This document shows, one piece after another, positions 1 through 8,960 of a DNA stretch of 32,000 nt; position 1 is the first letter of the stretch; each line of letters begins with the position of its first letter. Both the position numbers and the translations under genes were made by a program. Origin of the DNA: Candidatus Blochmanniella floridana (GTDB lineage Bacteria; Pseudomonadota; Gammaproteobacteria; Enterobacterales; Enterobacteriaceae); the NCBI GenBank assembly GCA_000043285.1, contig BX248583.1:210001-242000 (forward strand), written 5' to 3'. The notes beneath the pieces are model-generated. The model was not told where the DNA came from. It was given only the letters and a program-made list of their open reading frames with translations, and did no database searches.

Positions 1-1083
1 AGTTTGTTAAATTTATTATCTAAAAGATTATCATTAGTTTCTCAGGTAGGTGAAATTAAAAGTCAACTTGGTTTATTTATTTATGATCCGGAAAGAGAAA
101 AGATGATTTTATCTCAAAGAAAACAGGAAGCATTAAAATTAGGTATTTCTCCTAATTTGGTCAGAGATATATTACGTCGAATTATGCGAGAGTCTTATTC
201 TTATGAAAATGAAAAAGGATTTAAAAAGTTATATCCAAGTTCTAGGCCAGTGGTGATTATTGGGGGTAATGGCCGAATGGGACAATTTTTCTTTAAAATG
301 TTAACTTTATCAGGATATCAAGTAAGAATTTTAGATCAAGATGATTGGATACATGCTAAGTCTATATTAACTAATGTTGGTGTAGTGTTTATTAGTGTAC
401 CTATTTATTCGGTAATCAAAGTAATTAATCAATTACCTCATTTATCGAATGATTGTATTATCGTGGATTTGTCTTCTGTAAAAAAGAGTTCTTTAACAGC
501 TATATTAAAGATTCATACTGGACCAGTTTTAGGATTACATCCAATGTTTAGTCCGGATACTACTATTACCGCTAGTATGATAAAAAAAGTTGTAATTTGT
601 TGTGACGGTCGTTATCCTCAAGAATATCAATGGTTATTGCAGCAGTTAAAATTATGGGGAGCAAAAGTATATTATTGTAATTTTATTGAACATGATAAGT
701 ATATGAGTTTTATACAAAGTTTATGTCATTTTACAATTTTTGTTATGGGATATCATTTGTTTAAAGAAAATATTGATTTAAAAAAAATTTTATCTTTTTC
801 TTCCCCAATGTTTCAATTGGAATTAATATTAATAGGCCGATTATTTACACAAAATCCTCAATTATATGCAGATATTATTATGTCATCTAAAAATAATATT
901 ATTGTAATTAAGCGTTATTATAAAAGATTAGGAAAAATGTTAATGTTATTGGAACAAAATAATAAAGAAGAATTTATAAATCAATTTAAAAAAATTAAAT
1001 GTTGGTTAGATAGTTATGCTGGTATTTTTTTAAAAGATAGCTCAAATTTATTAAAATATATTAATGATATTCAGGAATATTAA
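1..1083 (+). CDS. tyrA: T-protein, bifunctional chorismate mutase / prephenate dehydrogenase; 5' end cut by the window edge
   Basis: Frame 1 is open from base 1. The translation (LNLLSKRLSLVSQVGEIKSQLGLFIYDPERE...RPVVIIGGNGRMGQFF...VLGLHPMF...PQLYADIIMSS...) is collinear with E. coli TyrA from about residue 20 to the C-terminus. The TTG at 4 in the ORF track is internal, not a start. Confidence 0.93.
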   Translation, partial: SLLNLLSKRLSLVSQVGEIKSQLGLFIYDPEREKMILSQRKQEALKLGISPNLVRDILRRIMRESYSYENEKGFKKLYPSSRPVVIIGGNGRMGQFFFKMLTLSGYQVRILDQDDWIHAKSILTNVGVVFISVPIYSVIKVINQLPHLSNDCIIVDLSSVKKSSLTAILKIHTGPVLGLHPMFSPDTTITASMIKKVVICCDGRYPQEYQWLLQQLKLWGAKVYYCNFIEHDKYMSFIQSLCHFTIFVMGYHLFKENIDLKKILSFSSPMFQLELILIGRLFTQNPQLYADIIMSSKNNIIVIKRYYKRLGKMLMLLEQNNKEEFINQFKKIKCWLDSYAGIFLKDSSNLLKYINDIQEY

Positions 1084-1155
1084 TATATATTGTATTATTT
1101 AATATAATGTTGTTATGTATATTAAAGATTTAGATTGTCATAAAGAGTATTTATA

Positions 1156-2052
1156 TTAAGTATATTGTTGGTATGGTTGGTATGCAATAGTAGAGTAGCA
1201 ACCTAATATTTTTAATGAATACGCAATGTTATAAATTTTGATTAATGCTTGTTGCGTGTATGTATGATGAAAATGAGCAGTTATTTCAAGAATAATTGAG
1301 TTTGTTGTATTATTTGGAAGTAGTGAACAGCATAATCTTAAAAAATTAATTTTTATTTTATAAAATTGTAATATTTTAAGTATTGAATATAATTTATTTA
1401 GTTTTGTATCAATAGATATTATAAGCATAATTTTTTCTAATATTGCAGTAGTGTTTGTAAATAGAAGATTTTCATTTTTTAGTATAATAAATCGAGTTGA
1501 ATTTAAAGGATAATTAGATATTATATATGGTGATAATAATAATGGGTGTAAACCATAAATTATACCTCCTTGAGTACTACCTAGGGCTGCTATGTTAGGC
1601 TGATTCAGATATGCAACTTTTTTAATAGCAATAGAACTGCTTTCACATAAAATAATTTTCCAGTGAGGAAATTTTTTTAAAAAATTACTACATTGTTGAA
1701 TGGGTTGTGGATGACTATATATGGTTTGAATTTGTTTTAAAGAACTGTTATAGTTATTAACTAAGATACGATGTTGTATAGGGATTGTAATATCTCCAAT
1801 TAATATGAGATGTGTTGTTAATAGTAAATCACATACTTCATTAATTAGGCCAGAATTAGAGTTTTCAATTGGTAATATTCCGTAATCTACTTGATTATTT
1901 TCTACTACATGTAAAATATCACTAAAATTTTGACAACTATATTCTGTAATTTTATTGAAATGGTAATTAGCATATTTTTTAGCTGCAATATGGGAATATG
2001 ATCCTTTTGGGCCTAAAAAAGCTATATGGATTCTGGACGTGTCATTGATCAT
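1156..2052 (-). CDS. pheA: Prephenate dehydratase plus ACT-like C-terminal domain; N-terminal chorismate-mutase domain absent
   Basis: The 298-aa ORF begins [21 protein letters not shown], aligning to about residue 100 of the 386-aa E. coli P-protein ([22 protein letters not shown]). The dehydratase region is conserved (YSHPQP.QQC, FPHWKI, TRF) and the C-terminus ends in the typical K.LGCY. The gene is convergent with tyrA, as in E. coli. Confidence 0.9.
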   Translation of the reverse strand: [298 protein letters not shown]

Positions 2053-2148
2053 ATTGAGTATATTTATTATTAAAATTATATCGTCACGAGTTATATATGT
2101 ATTATATACAGTTTTATATGATTATATTGAGGATATGAATTTAATATA

Positions 2149-2889
2149 TTATTGGTTTTCAGTAATGATTTGATTTATTATATTTGCTTGATCAATTAAG
2201 TGTATATTCTGGTATGCTCGACGCATATAATGTAGGGCTTGATAAGTTGCTTGTGTGTCTGGAAAATAACGTAACATTTCTTCTGATCGTGTTATTACTG
2301 ATATATAGGCATTTTTTTTATCATAAAACTTAATAATAGCTAATTTATAATATGCTATTCTGTTTTTTAAAAAAATTAAACGTTTATAAGAATCGGGTGC
2401 ATATTGACTATTTGGATAATTTTGTATTAGTTTTGAAAAACTGTGAAATGCAATGTTTGCATGTATTGGGTTATGGTTAAACCAACATGTATATAAATGT
2501 TTTATAAGTAGAGGGAAAGGGTTATTTCGATCTAAATGCATATTAATTATCCCATGTATGTATAAAACATAATCAAGATTTTTATGATTAGGATATACAT
2601 TGAGAAAGTGATTAATGCAATTATTTGCGGATGTTAAATCGTTGGATTTGTAATAAGCATAAATTAAGTCTAAATAAATTTGTTGAGGACATGGTTCAAA
2701 TAAGTATAAATTTTTGAGATATAACAAATCTTGAATAGCTTCAGTATAATTATTTTGAAGAAGTTTATTGTAAGCTATTTTATATAGATGATTAGTATCT
2801 TGATCTGGTATCTTATGATGAGAAATAGTGGTGCAAGATATAGTCATAATCATGTTTAGTGCTAAAATAATATAAAATAGAATACGCAT
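2149..2889 (-). CDS. bamD: Outer-membrane protein assembly factor BamD (lipoprotein)
   Basis: Collinear with E. coli BamD (QQ..LDLIYAYYK, YPNSQY, L.YFPDTQAT). The N-terminal signal has a Cys after MTIS (lipobox-like). Divergent from rluD, as in E. coli. Confidence 0.9.
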   Translation of the reverse strand: MRILFYIILALNMIMTISCTTISHHKIPDQDTNHLYKIAYNKLLQNNYTEAIQDLLYLKNLYLFEPCPQQIYLDLIYAYYKSNDLTSANNCINHFLNVYPNHKNLDYVLYIHGIINMHLDRNNPFPLLIKHLYTCWFNHNPIHANIAFHSFSKLIQNYPNSQYAPDSYKRLIFLKNRIAYYKLAIIKFYDKKNAYISVITRSEEMLRYFPDTQATYQALHYMRRAYQNIHLIDQANIINQIITENQ

Positions 2890-2984
2890 TGTCGTTAAAT
2901 TAGTTTATGTTAATGAATATATAAAATTTATTATATGTAGTGTGCAGATTATTCAATAGTTATATGTAATTTATTATACAGTAT

Positions 2985-3977
2985 ATGGAAAATCAAACAT
3001 ATAGCAATGATATGGTAATAATTAAACCTATGATTGTGCAAGTTCATCAATCGGGATATAGGTTAGATTATATTTTATCTAAGTTATTACCTCAGTATTC
3101 ACGCTCTCAAATAAAACATTGGATTTTAAATAAAAAAGTAGTAGTTAATAATCAAGTATCTACATTACCGAGAAAAAAAGTAGTGTATGGAGAATTAATT
3201 GAAATAAAATATATCAATAATAATGATATATGTAAGAGTGAAGATATAGTACCACAAAATATTCCTTTGAATATTATATATGAAGATAATGATATTTTGG
3301 TAATTAATAAAGCAAGTAATATGGTAGTGCATCCGGGTATAGGTCATTATCAAGGCACTGTATTGAATGCATTATTGTATAGATATCCATCAATTTTAAA
3401 AATATCAAAACAAGCTGGTATTGTACAACGTTTGGATAAAGATACTACTGGATTAATGATTATAGCTAAAACTGTTTCTGCGTATGATAATTTGTTACGA
3501 TCCTTTAAGTTAAGAAAGGTAGTTAAGGAATATGATGCAATAGTTTATGGTAAATTTACTTCTAATGCGGGAGTAGTAAATCAACCTATGCGTAGACATT
3601 TTGCGAAGCGTACTTTTATGTCAGTACATTATACTGGAAAGTCGGCTGTTACTTATTATTCTGTAGTAGAGGAATTTAAAGCACATAGTAGAGTACGAAT
3701 AAATTTAAAAACGGGTAGAACTCATCAAATTCGAGTACATATGGCTTATATTAATCACCCTTTAGTAGGAGATCAAAAATATAAAGGAAATTTTAGTGTG
3801 TTTGATATAAAAAAGATGTCTGATGAGTTAAATAATTATTTACTTGATTTTAATCGACAAGCATTACATGCATGTACATTGCAATTATTGCACCCTATTA
3901 CTCAAGTACAAATGAAATGGAATGCTCCTTTACCTCAAGATATATTGCAACTAATTGCAATATTAAAAAAATATTAA
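2985..3977 (+). CDS. rluD: 23S rRNA pseudouridine synthase RluD
   Basis: S4-like N-terminus (YSRSQIKHWILNKKVVVN), catalytic-loop motif QRLDKDTTGLM and GRTHQIRVHM are collinear with E. coli RluD. Confidence 0.92.
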   Translation: MENQTYSNDMVIIKPMIVQVHQSGYRLDYILSKLLPQYSRSQIKHWILNKKVVVNNQVSTLPRKKVVYGELIEIKYINNNDICKSEDIVPQNIPLNIIYEDNDILVINKASNMVVHPGIGHYQGTVLNALLYRYPSILKISKQAGIVQRLDKDTTGLMIIAKTVSAYDNLLRSFKLRKVVKEYDAIVYGKFTSNAGVVNQPMRRHFAKRTFMSVHYTGKSAVTYYSVVEEFKAHSRVRINLKTGRTHQIRVHMAYINHPLVGDQKYKGNFSVFDIKKMSDELNNYLLDFNRQALHACTLQLLHPITQVQMKWNAPLPQDILQLIAILKKY

Positions 3978-3997
3978 AATATTAATGTTTATATAAA

Positions 3998-4026
3998 AAT
4001 ACAATATTATTTAATAATATTGTATT
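3998..4026 (+). terminator. Perfect 29-nt AT-only palindrome 21 nt after the rluD stop; possible weak intrinsic terminator or RNA hairpin
   Basis: aatacaatattatt-t-aataatattgtatt reads the same on both strands. The stem has a single G:C pair at each end of the core and there is no clear U-tract. Confidence 0.3.
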
Positions 4027-4167
4027 AATTAATTTAATATACTTTGAGAGTATTGAATATTTTAGTAAAATATTTTATATATATTGTATATAAAGTGAGA
4101 CATTAATGAATATTGAACTATCAACGCTTGTGTTTTATATTTATTTATTATAGAGGTATATTATAAT

Positions 4168-6786
4168 ATGAGATTAGATCGTTTTGATCGAAGTTTTCAA
4201 TTAGCGTTATCTGATGCCCAATCTATTGCTATTGGTAAGGATAATCAATTTATAGAACCTGTTCATGTAATGTATACTTTTTTAAAGGAAAAAAAATATA
4301 AATCGATACGTAATTTGTTAATACATGCAGGATCAAATGTAGATCAATTATATAAATCTGTGGAACAAGTGTGTAATGATTTGCCACGGGTAGAAAGTGT
4401 TGATGGAGATAGAGAGGTGCAATGCTCTCATGCTTTAGTAAAAATTTTAAATTTATGTGATAAATTAGCGCAAAAATATCACAGTAATATTATTTTTTCA
4501 GAAGTATTTATTATAGCTGCTCTTCAATCACAAGATGTTTTAAGTATTTTGTTAAAAAAATCTGGTATTGTTAAAGAATTATTAGAAAAATTAGTACAAT
4601 ATGAACAGAGTAATTATTCTATTCATGATGATAGTTTTAAAAATAGAACACAAATATTAGAACAATTTACTGTAGATATAACTTCTCTTGCTGAACAAAA
4701 TAATCTTGATCCTGTAATTGGTAGGGATGAAGAAATTAGAAGAACAATTCAAGTTTTGCAAAGGCGTACTAAAAATAATCCTGTTCTTATAGGAAATCCA
4801 GGAGTGGGTAAAACTGCTATTGTGGAGGGGTTGGCTCAACGTATTATCAATAAAGAGGTTCCAGAGGGATTAAAAAATAGTCGAATATTATCTTTAGATA
4901 TAGCCGCGTTGTTAGCTGGTACTAAATATCGGGGAGAATTTGAAGAGCGTTTTAAAAAAGTATTGTATGCTGTATCTAAAGATAATAATACTATTTTATT
5001 TATTGATGAGTTGCATGTTATGGTTGGAGCTGGAAAAACAGATGGATCTATGGATGCTAGTAATATGATTAAACCAAAATTAGCAAGAGGTGAATTACAT
5101 TGTGTTGGTGCGACTACTCTTGATGAATATAGTAGATATATTGAAAAAGATGCTGCTTTAGAAAGACGTTTTCAAAAAATATTTATTATTGAACCTAATA
5201 TTGAAAATACTATAGCTATTTTAAGAGGGCTGAAGGAACGTTATGAGTTGCATCATAATGTACATATCACTGATCCTGCGATAGTAGCCGCAGCTACTTT
5301 ATCGAATAGATATATTTCAGATCGTCAATTACCAGATAAGGCTATTGATTTAATTGATGAAGCAGCATCTAGTATTCGTATTCAAATTGATTCTAAACCA
5401 GAAGATTTGGATAGGCTTGATCGTCGTATTATACAATTGAAATTAGAGTGTCAGGCGTTGAAAAAAGAGTCAGATGAGTTAAGCAAAAAACGTTTAGAGA
5501 TTTTAAGTATGGAATTGTCACAGAAAGAACAGGAGTATAGTGTACTTGAATCAGAATGGAAACGTGAAAGGAGTTCTTTATTTGATATTCAAAATATAAA
5601 ATCAGATTTAGAGAAAGCAAAGACTATTTTAGATCAGTCTCGTCGTATTGGCGATTTGGCTCAAATGTCAGAATTACAATATGGACGTATACCAGAATTG
5701 GAAAAGAAGTTGTTTAATGCAATTCAATCTAGTAATAAAAAAATGCGTCTATTGCGTAATTATGTGTCTGAGGTAGAAATTGCTGAGGTGTTGTCCAAAT
5801 GGACAGGTATACCTATATCTAGGATATTAGCAAATGAAAAGAATAAATTGTTAAATATGGAGACAATATTACATCAGTTAGTAATTGGGCAAGATGAGGC
5901 AGTACGAGTTATATCGAATGCGATTCGTAGAAGTCGATCTGGATTATCAGATCCTAAGAGGCCTATAGGTTCTTTTATGTTTTTAGGACCAACTGGTGTT
6001 GGTAAGACTGAGTTATGTAAAGCATTATCACAATTTTTGTTTGATACTGACAATGCTATGGTGCGTATTGATATGTCTGAATTTATGGAAAAACATTCGG
6101 TTTCAAAATTACTTGGAGCTCCTCCCGGTTATATTGGTTATGAAAGTGGAGCTTATTTAACTGAATCTATACGTCGTCGCCCTTATTCTATAGTATTATT
6201 AGACGAAATTGAAAAAGCTCATTTAGATGTTTTTAATATTTTATTACAAGTTTTAGATGATGGAAGATTAACAGATAATCAAGGTCGTATGGTGGATTTT
6301 AATAATACTGTTATAATTATGACATCTAATTTAGGTTCAGATTTGATTCAAAAAAAATTTGATATATCAGATTATGATACTATGAAGAAAACTGTGTTAA
6401 ATGTAGTTAATCAATATTTTCGACCGGAATTCATTAATAGAATAGATGAAATAGTAGTATTTCATCCTCTTAGCATCAAACATCTTATTGATATTGCAAA
6501 TATTCAATTGAAGTATTTATATTCTAGATTAGAAGAGAGAGGTTATCCTAGAACTGGTATTACCAACAAAGCATTATTATTTTTATCTAAAATTGGTTTT
6601 GATCCTATATATGGTGCACGTCCTTTAAAACGTATTATACAACAATACATTGAGAATCCGTTATCTCAAAAGATATTATCCGATGATTTATTACCGGGAA
6701 GAAGTATTACTATAGATGTTCAAAATGATAATATTGTATTTATTCAGAATGATGTTATAGATGATAAGGATATCTATATAAATTGA
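4168..6786 (+). CDS. clpB: Chaperone / disaggregase ClpB (AAA+)
   Basis: Near-continuous identity blocks with E. coli ClpB ([67 protein letters not shown], two Walker A/B sets, GARPLKR). Confidence 0.97.
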   Translation: MRLDRFDRSFQLALSDAQSIAIGKDNQFIEPVHVMYTFLKEKKYKSIRNLLIHAGSNVDQLYKSVEQVCNDLPRVESVDGDREVQCSHALVKILNLCDKLAQKYHSNIIFSEVFIIAALQSQDVLSILLKKSGIVKELLEKLVQYEQSNYSIHDDSFKNRTQILEQFTVDITSLAEQNNLDPVIGRDEEIRRTIQVLQRRTKNNPVLIGNPGVGKTAIVEGLAQRIINKEVPEGLKNSRILSLDIAALLAGTKYRGEFEERFKKVLYAVSKDNNTILFIDELHVMVGAGKTDGSMDASNMIKPKLARGELHCVGATTLDEYSRYIEKDAALERRFQKIFIIEPNIENTIAILRGLKERYELHHNVHITDPAIVAAATLSNRYISDRQLPDKAIDLIDEAASSIRIQIDSKPEDLDRLDRRIIQLKLECQALKKESDELSKKRLEILSMELSQKEQEYSVLESEWKRERSSLFDIQNIKSDLEKAKTILDQSRRIGDLAQMSELQYGRIPELEKKLFNAIQSSNKKMRLLRNYVSEVEIAEVLSKWTGIPISRILANEKNKLLNMETILHQLVIGQDEAVRVISNAIRRSRSGLSDPKRPIGSFMFLGPTGVGKTELCKALSQFLFDTDNAMVRIDMSEFMEKHSVSKLLGAPPGYIGYESGAYLTESIRRRPYSIVLLDEIEKAHLDVFNILLQVLDDGRLTDNQGRMVDFNNTVIIMTSNLGSDLIQKKFDISDYDTMKKTVLNVVNQYFRPEFINRIDEIVVFHPLSIKHLIDIANIQLKYLYSRLEERGYPRTGITNKALLFLSKIGFDPIYGARPLKRIIQQYIENPLSQKILSDDLLPGRSITIDVQNDNIVFIQNDVIDDKDIYIN

Positions 6787-6983
6787 ATATGTATGTATAT
6801 TTAATTTTATTATTATGTATATAGTAATGTTGTTGTTTTAATAATGATATGTAAGGTTATAGTTTATGATGTATAAGTAATTTTAGTATTAATAAAGTTG
6901 ATATAATAAAATTTTTAGTAAAAAATATGATAAAGTTATAGTAGTTTTTGTATTAGGTTATTGTGCAGTAAGCACGTAGAGTT

Positions 6984-8021
6984 ATGAAGCGTTGTACTAA
7001 ATTAAAAATTTTAAACACTTTTTCGGTAGATGTATATGCTGAAAAAGTTATTATAATAAATGATGAATACTCATTATTGCAGTTATGGAAACAGAGTCGA
7101 GATCAAGACAAATTTTTTCTTATTTTAGGAGCAGGCAGTAATGTGCTATTTTTGGAAAATTATAAAGGTATTGTATTATTAAATAGAATAAAAGGAATTT
7201 TTGTTACTGAAAATAAAGTGGCGTGGTATTTGCATGTTGGAGCTGGAGAAGAATGGAATACATTAGTAATGTATACTATTAAGAGAAATATGCCAGGTTT
7301 GGAGAATTTAGTATGTATTCCAGGATATGTTGGTGCTGCTTTAATTCAAAATATAGGAGCATATGGAGTTGAATTATCTCAGATGTGTGAGTATGTAGAT
7401 GTTTTAGATTTAAATCAAGGAGATAAAATACGTTTATATTGTCATGAGTGTTGTTTTAGATATCGAGAAAGTATTTTTAAATTGAATTTATATAAATATG
7501 CAATATTATTTGTAGGATTGAGAATAAATAAACATTGGAAACCTGTATTATCTTATTCTGGATTGACTCATTTAAATTTGAACTCGATTACACCTCGTCA
7601 GATTATAAATACTATTATTTTTTTAAGATATAAAAAGTTACCTAATCCGATCATTCATGGGAATGTTGGTAGTTTTTTTAAAAATCCTGTGGTAGATTTT
7701 AAAGTTGTATCTTTTTTGTTGAAAAAGTATTCAAATATTCCTTATTATTTTCAGGAAGATGGTAAAGTAAAGTTGTTAGCTGGATGGTTAATTGAAAATT
7801 GTAATTTAAAAGGTTATATTTTAGGAGAGGCATCTGTATATTATAAACAGGCTTTAGTATTAATTAATACTAGACAGAAAGCGACTGGTACTGAAATAGC
7901 GGCATTGGCATTGTATGTATATAATAAGGTTGTAGATAAGTTTAATATTCGATTAAAGCCTGAAGTAAGATTGATAGGAAGTTTTGGAGAAATAAATCCA
8001 AAAAAATTATTTTTAAAATGA
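6984..8021 (+). CDS. murB: UDP-N-acetylenolpyruvoylglucosamine reductase
   Basis: Collinear with E. coli MurB (LGAGSNVLFLE, WYLHVGAGE.W, MPGLENL..IPG, IQNIGAYGVEL, GSFFKNPVV, LLAGWLIE). Confidence 0.94.
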   Translation: MKRCTKLKILNTFSVDVYAEKVIIINDEYSLLQLWKQSRDQDKFFLILGAGSNVLFLENYKGIVLLNRIKGIFVTENKVAWYLHVGAGEEWNTLVMYTIKRNMPGLENLVCIPGYVGAALIQNIGAYGVELSQMCEYVDVLDLNQGDKIRLYCHECCFRYRESIFKLNLYKYAILFVGLRINKHWKPVLSYSGLTHLNLNSITPRQIINTIIFLRYKKLPNPIIHGNVGSFFKNPVVDFKVVSFLLKKYSNIPYYFQEDGKVKLLAGWLIENCNLKGYILGEASVYYKQALVLINTRQKATGTEIAALALYVYNKVVDKFNIRLKPEVRLIGSFGEINPKKLFLK

Positions 8022-8135
8022 TTATAAAATGTTAATTGATTTGTAAATTTTATATTTTGTAATAAGGTTAGTTTTATGAGTATTATTATTGCAATAATAA
8101 TATATTATGAATATTTCTTATATAAGGCTGTGTAA

Positions 8136-8960
8136 TTGTTGAAATGTAATAAATGTTGTTGTGTTACTCAATATTCGTATGTTTTATGTGAATCGAGAAT
8201 TTTGGATCAGTTGGAAGAAGGTAGGGTAGTGGTATTAGATACAATACCTTCAACAAATCAGTATATTTTAGATAATTTTAAACATGTAAAACTTGGTGAT
8301 GTTTATGTTACGGATTACCAAACACAAGGTCGAGGTCGATATGGAAAGAGTTGGATTACACCTAATAAACAGAGTCTTTGTTTATCTGTGTATTGGAAAT
8401 TGTATCGAAATTTATTTTCAATAGTTGAATTAAGTTTAATAGTTAGTTTTACTGTAGCAGATGTTTTAAAAAAAATGGGAGTGCCTAAGATTAAAATTAA
8501 GTGGCCTAATGATTTATATGTGGGAGATAAGAAATTAGCTGGAATATTGATTGAGGTTATTACTAATAGTAAAGATGTTTTTCATTTAGCAATCGGTATA
8601 GGAATTAATATGTCTATATGTATTCGTACTAAATTGAAAATTAAAATGAGTAAAAATTGGATTGATTTGAAAGATATTGGGGTTAATTTAGATCATAATG
8701 TATTGGTAGCTACTTTAGTTAAAAAGTTAAGAAAAACATTAAGTCGATTTAATGATAATCAGAATATATTGCGTATGAATTATTGGCAATCTTTAAATTA
8801 TTTGTATGGTAAGTCAATAGAATTATTTTCAAATAATAATATTGATTATGGTACTGGTACAGTTTTAGGGATTAGTTCTAATGGAGCATTATTAGTAGTA
8901 GATGCTGTAGGTAAAGTATGTCATTTTCGTAATGAAAATTTATCTATTCGAGTATTATAA
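8136..8960 (+). CDS. birA: Biotin-[acetyl-CoA-carboxylase] ligase, ligase-only (N-terminal wHTH repressor domain missing); start codon uncertain (TTG)
   Basis: SRILDQLEEGRVVVLDTIPSTNQYILD aligns to E. coli BirA residues ~68-97. GRGR.GK.W, KWPNDLY...KLAGILIE and GIGINM are conserved. An in-frame TAA at 8133-8135 closes the frame. There is no ATG before the conserved core; TTG occurs at 8136 and 8139. Confidence 0.88.
   Translation: MLKCNKCCCVTQYSYVLCESRILDQLEEGRVVVLDTIPSTNQYILDNFKHVKLGDVYVTDYQTQGRGRYGKSWITPNKQSLCLSVYWKLYRNLFSIVELSLIVSFTVADVLKKMGVPKIKIKWPNDLYVGDKKLAGILIEVITNSKDVFHLAIGIGINMSICIRTKLKIKMSKNWIDLKDIGVNLDHNVLVATLVKKLRKTLSRFNDNQNILRMNYWQSLNYLYGKSIELFSNNNIDYGTGTVLGISSNGALLVVDAVGKVCHFRNENLSIRVL

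Noticed and set aside
3978-4167. Looked for a sigma32 heat-shock promoter (CTTGAA ... CCCCATNT) upstream of clpB
   Set aside because: I found only weak fragments (cttgtg, ctttgaga) and no C-rich -10 element, so I cannot support a call from sequence alone.
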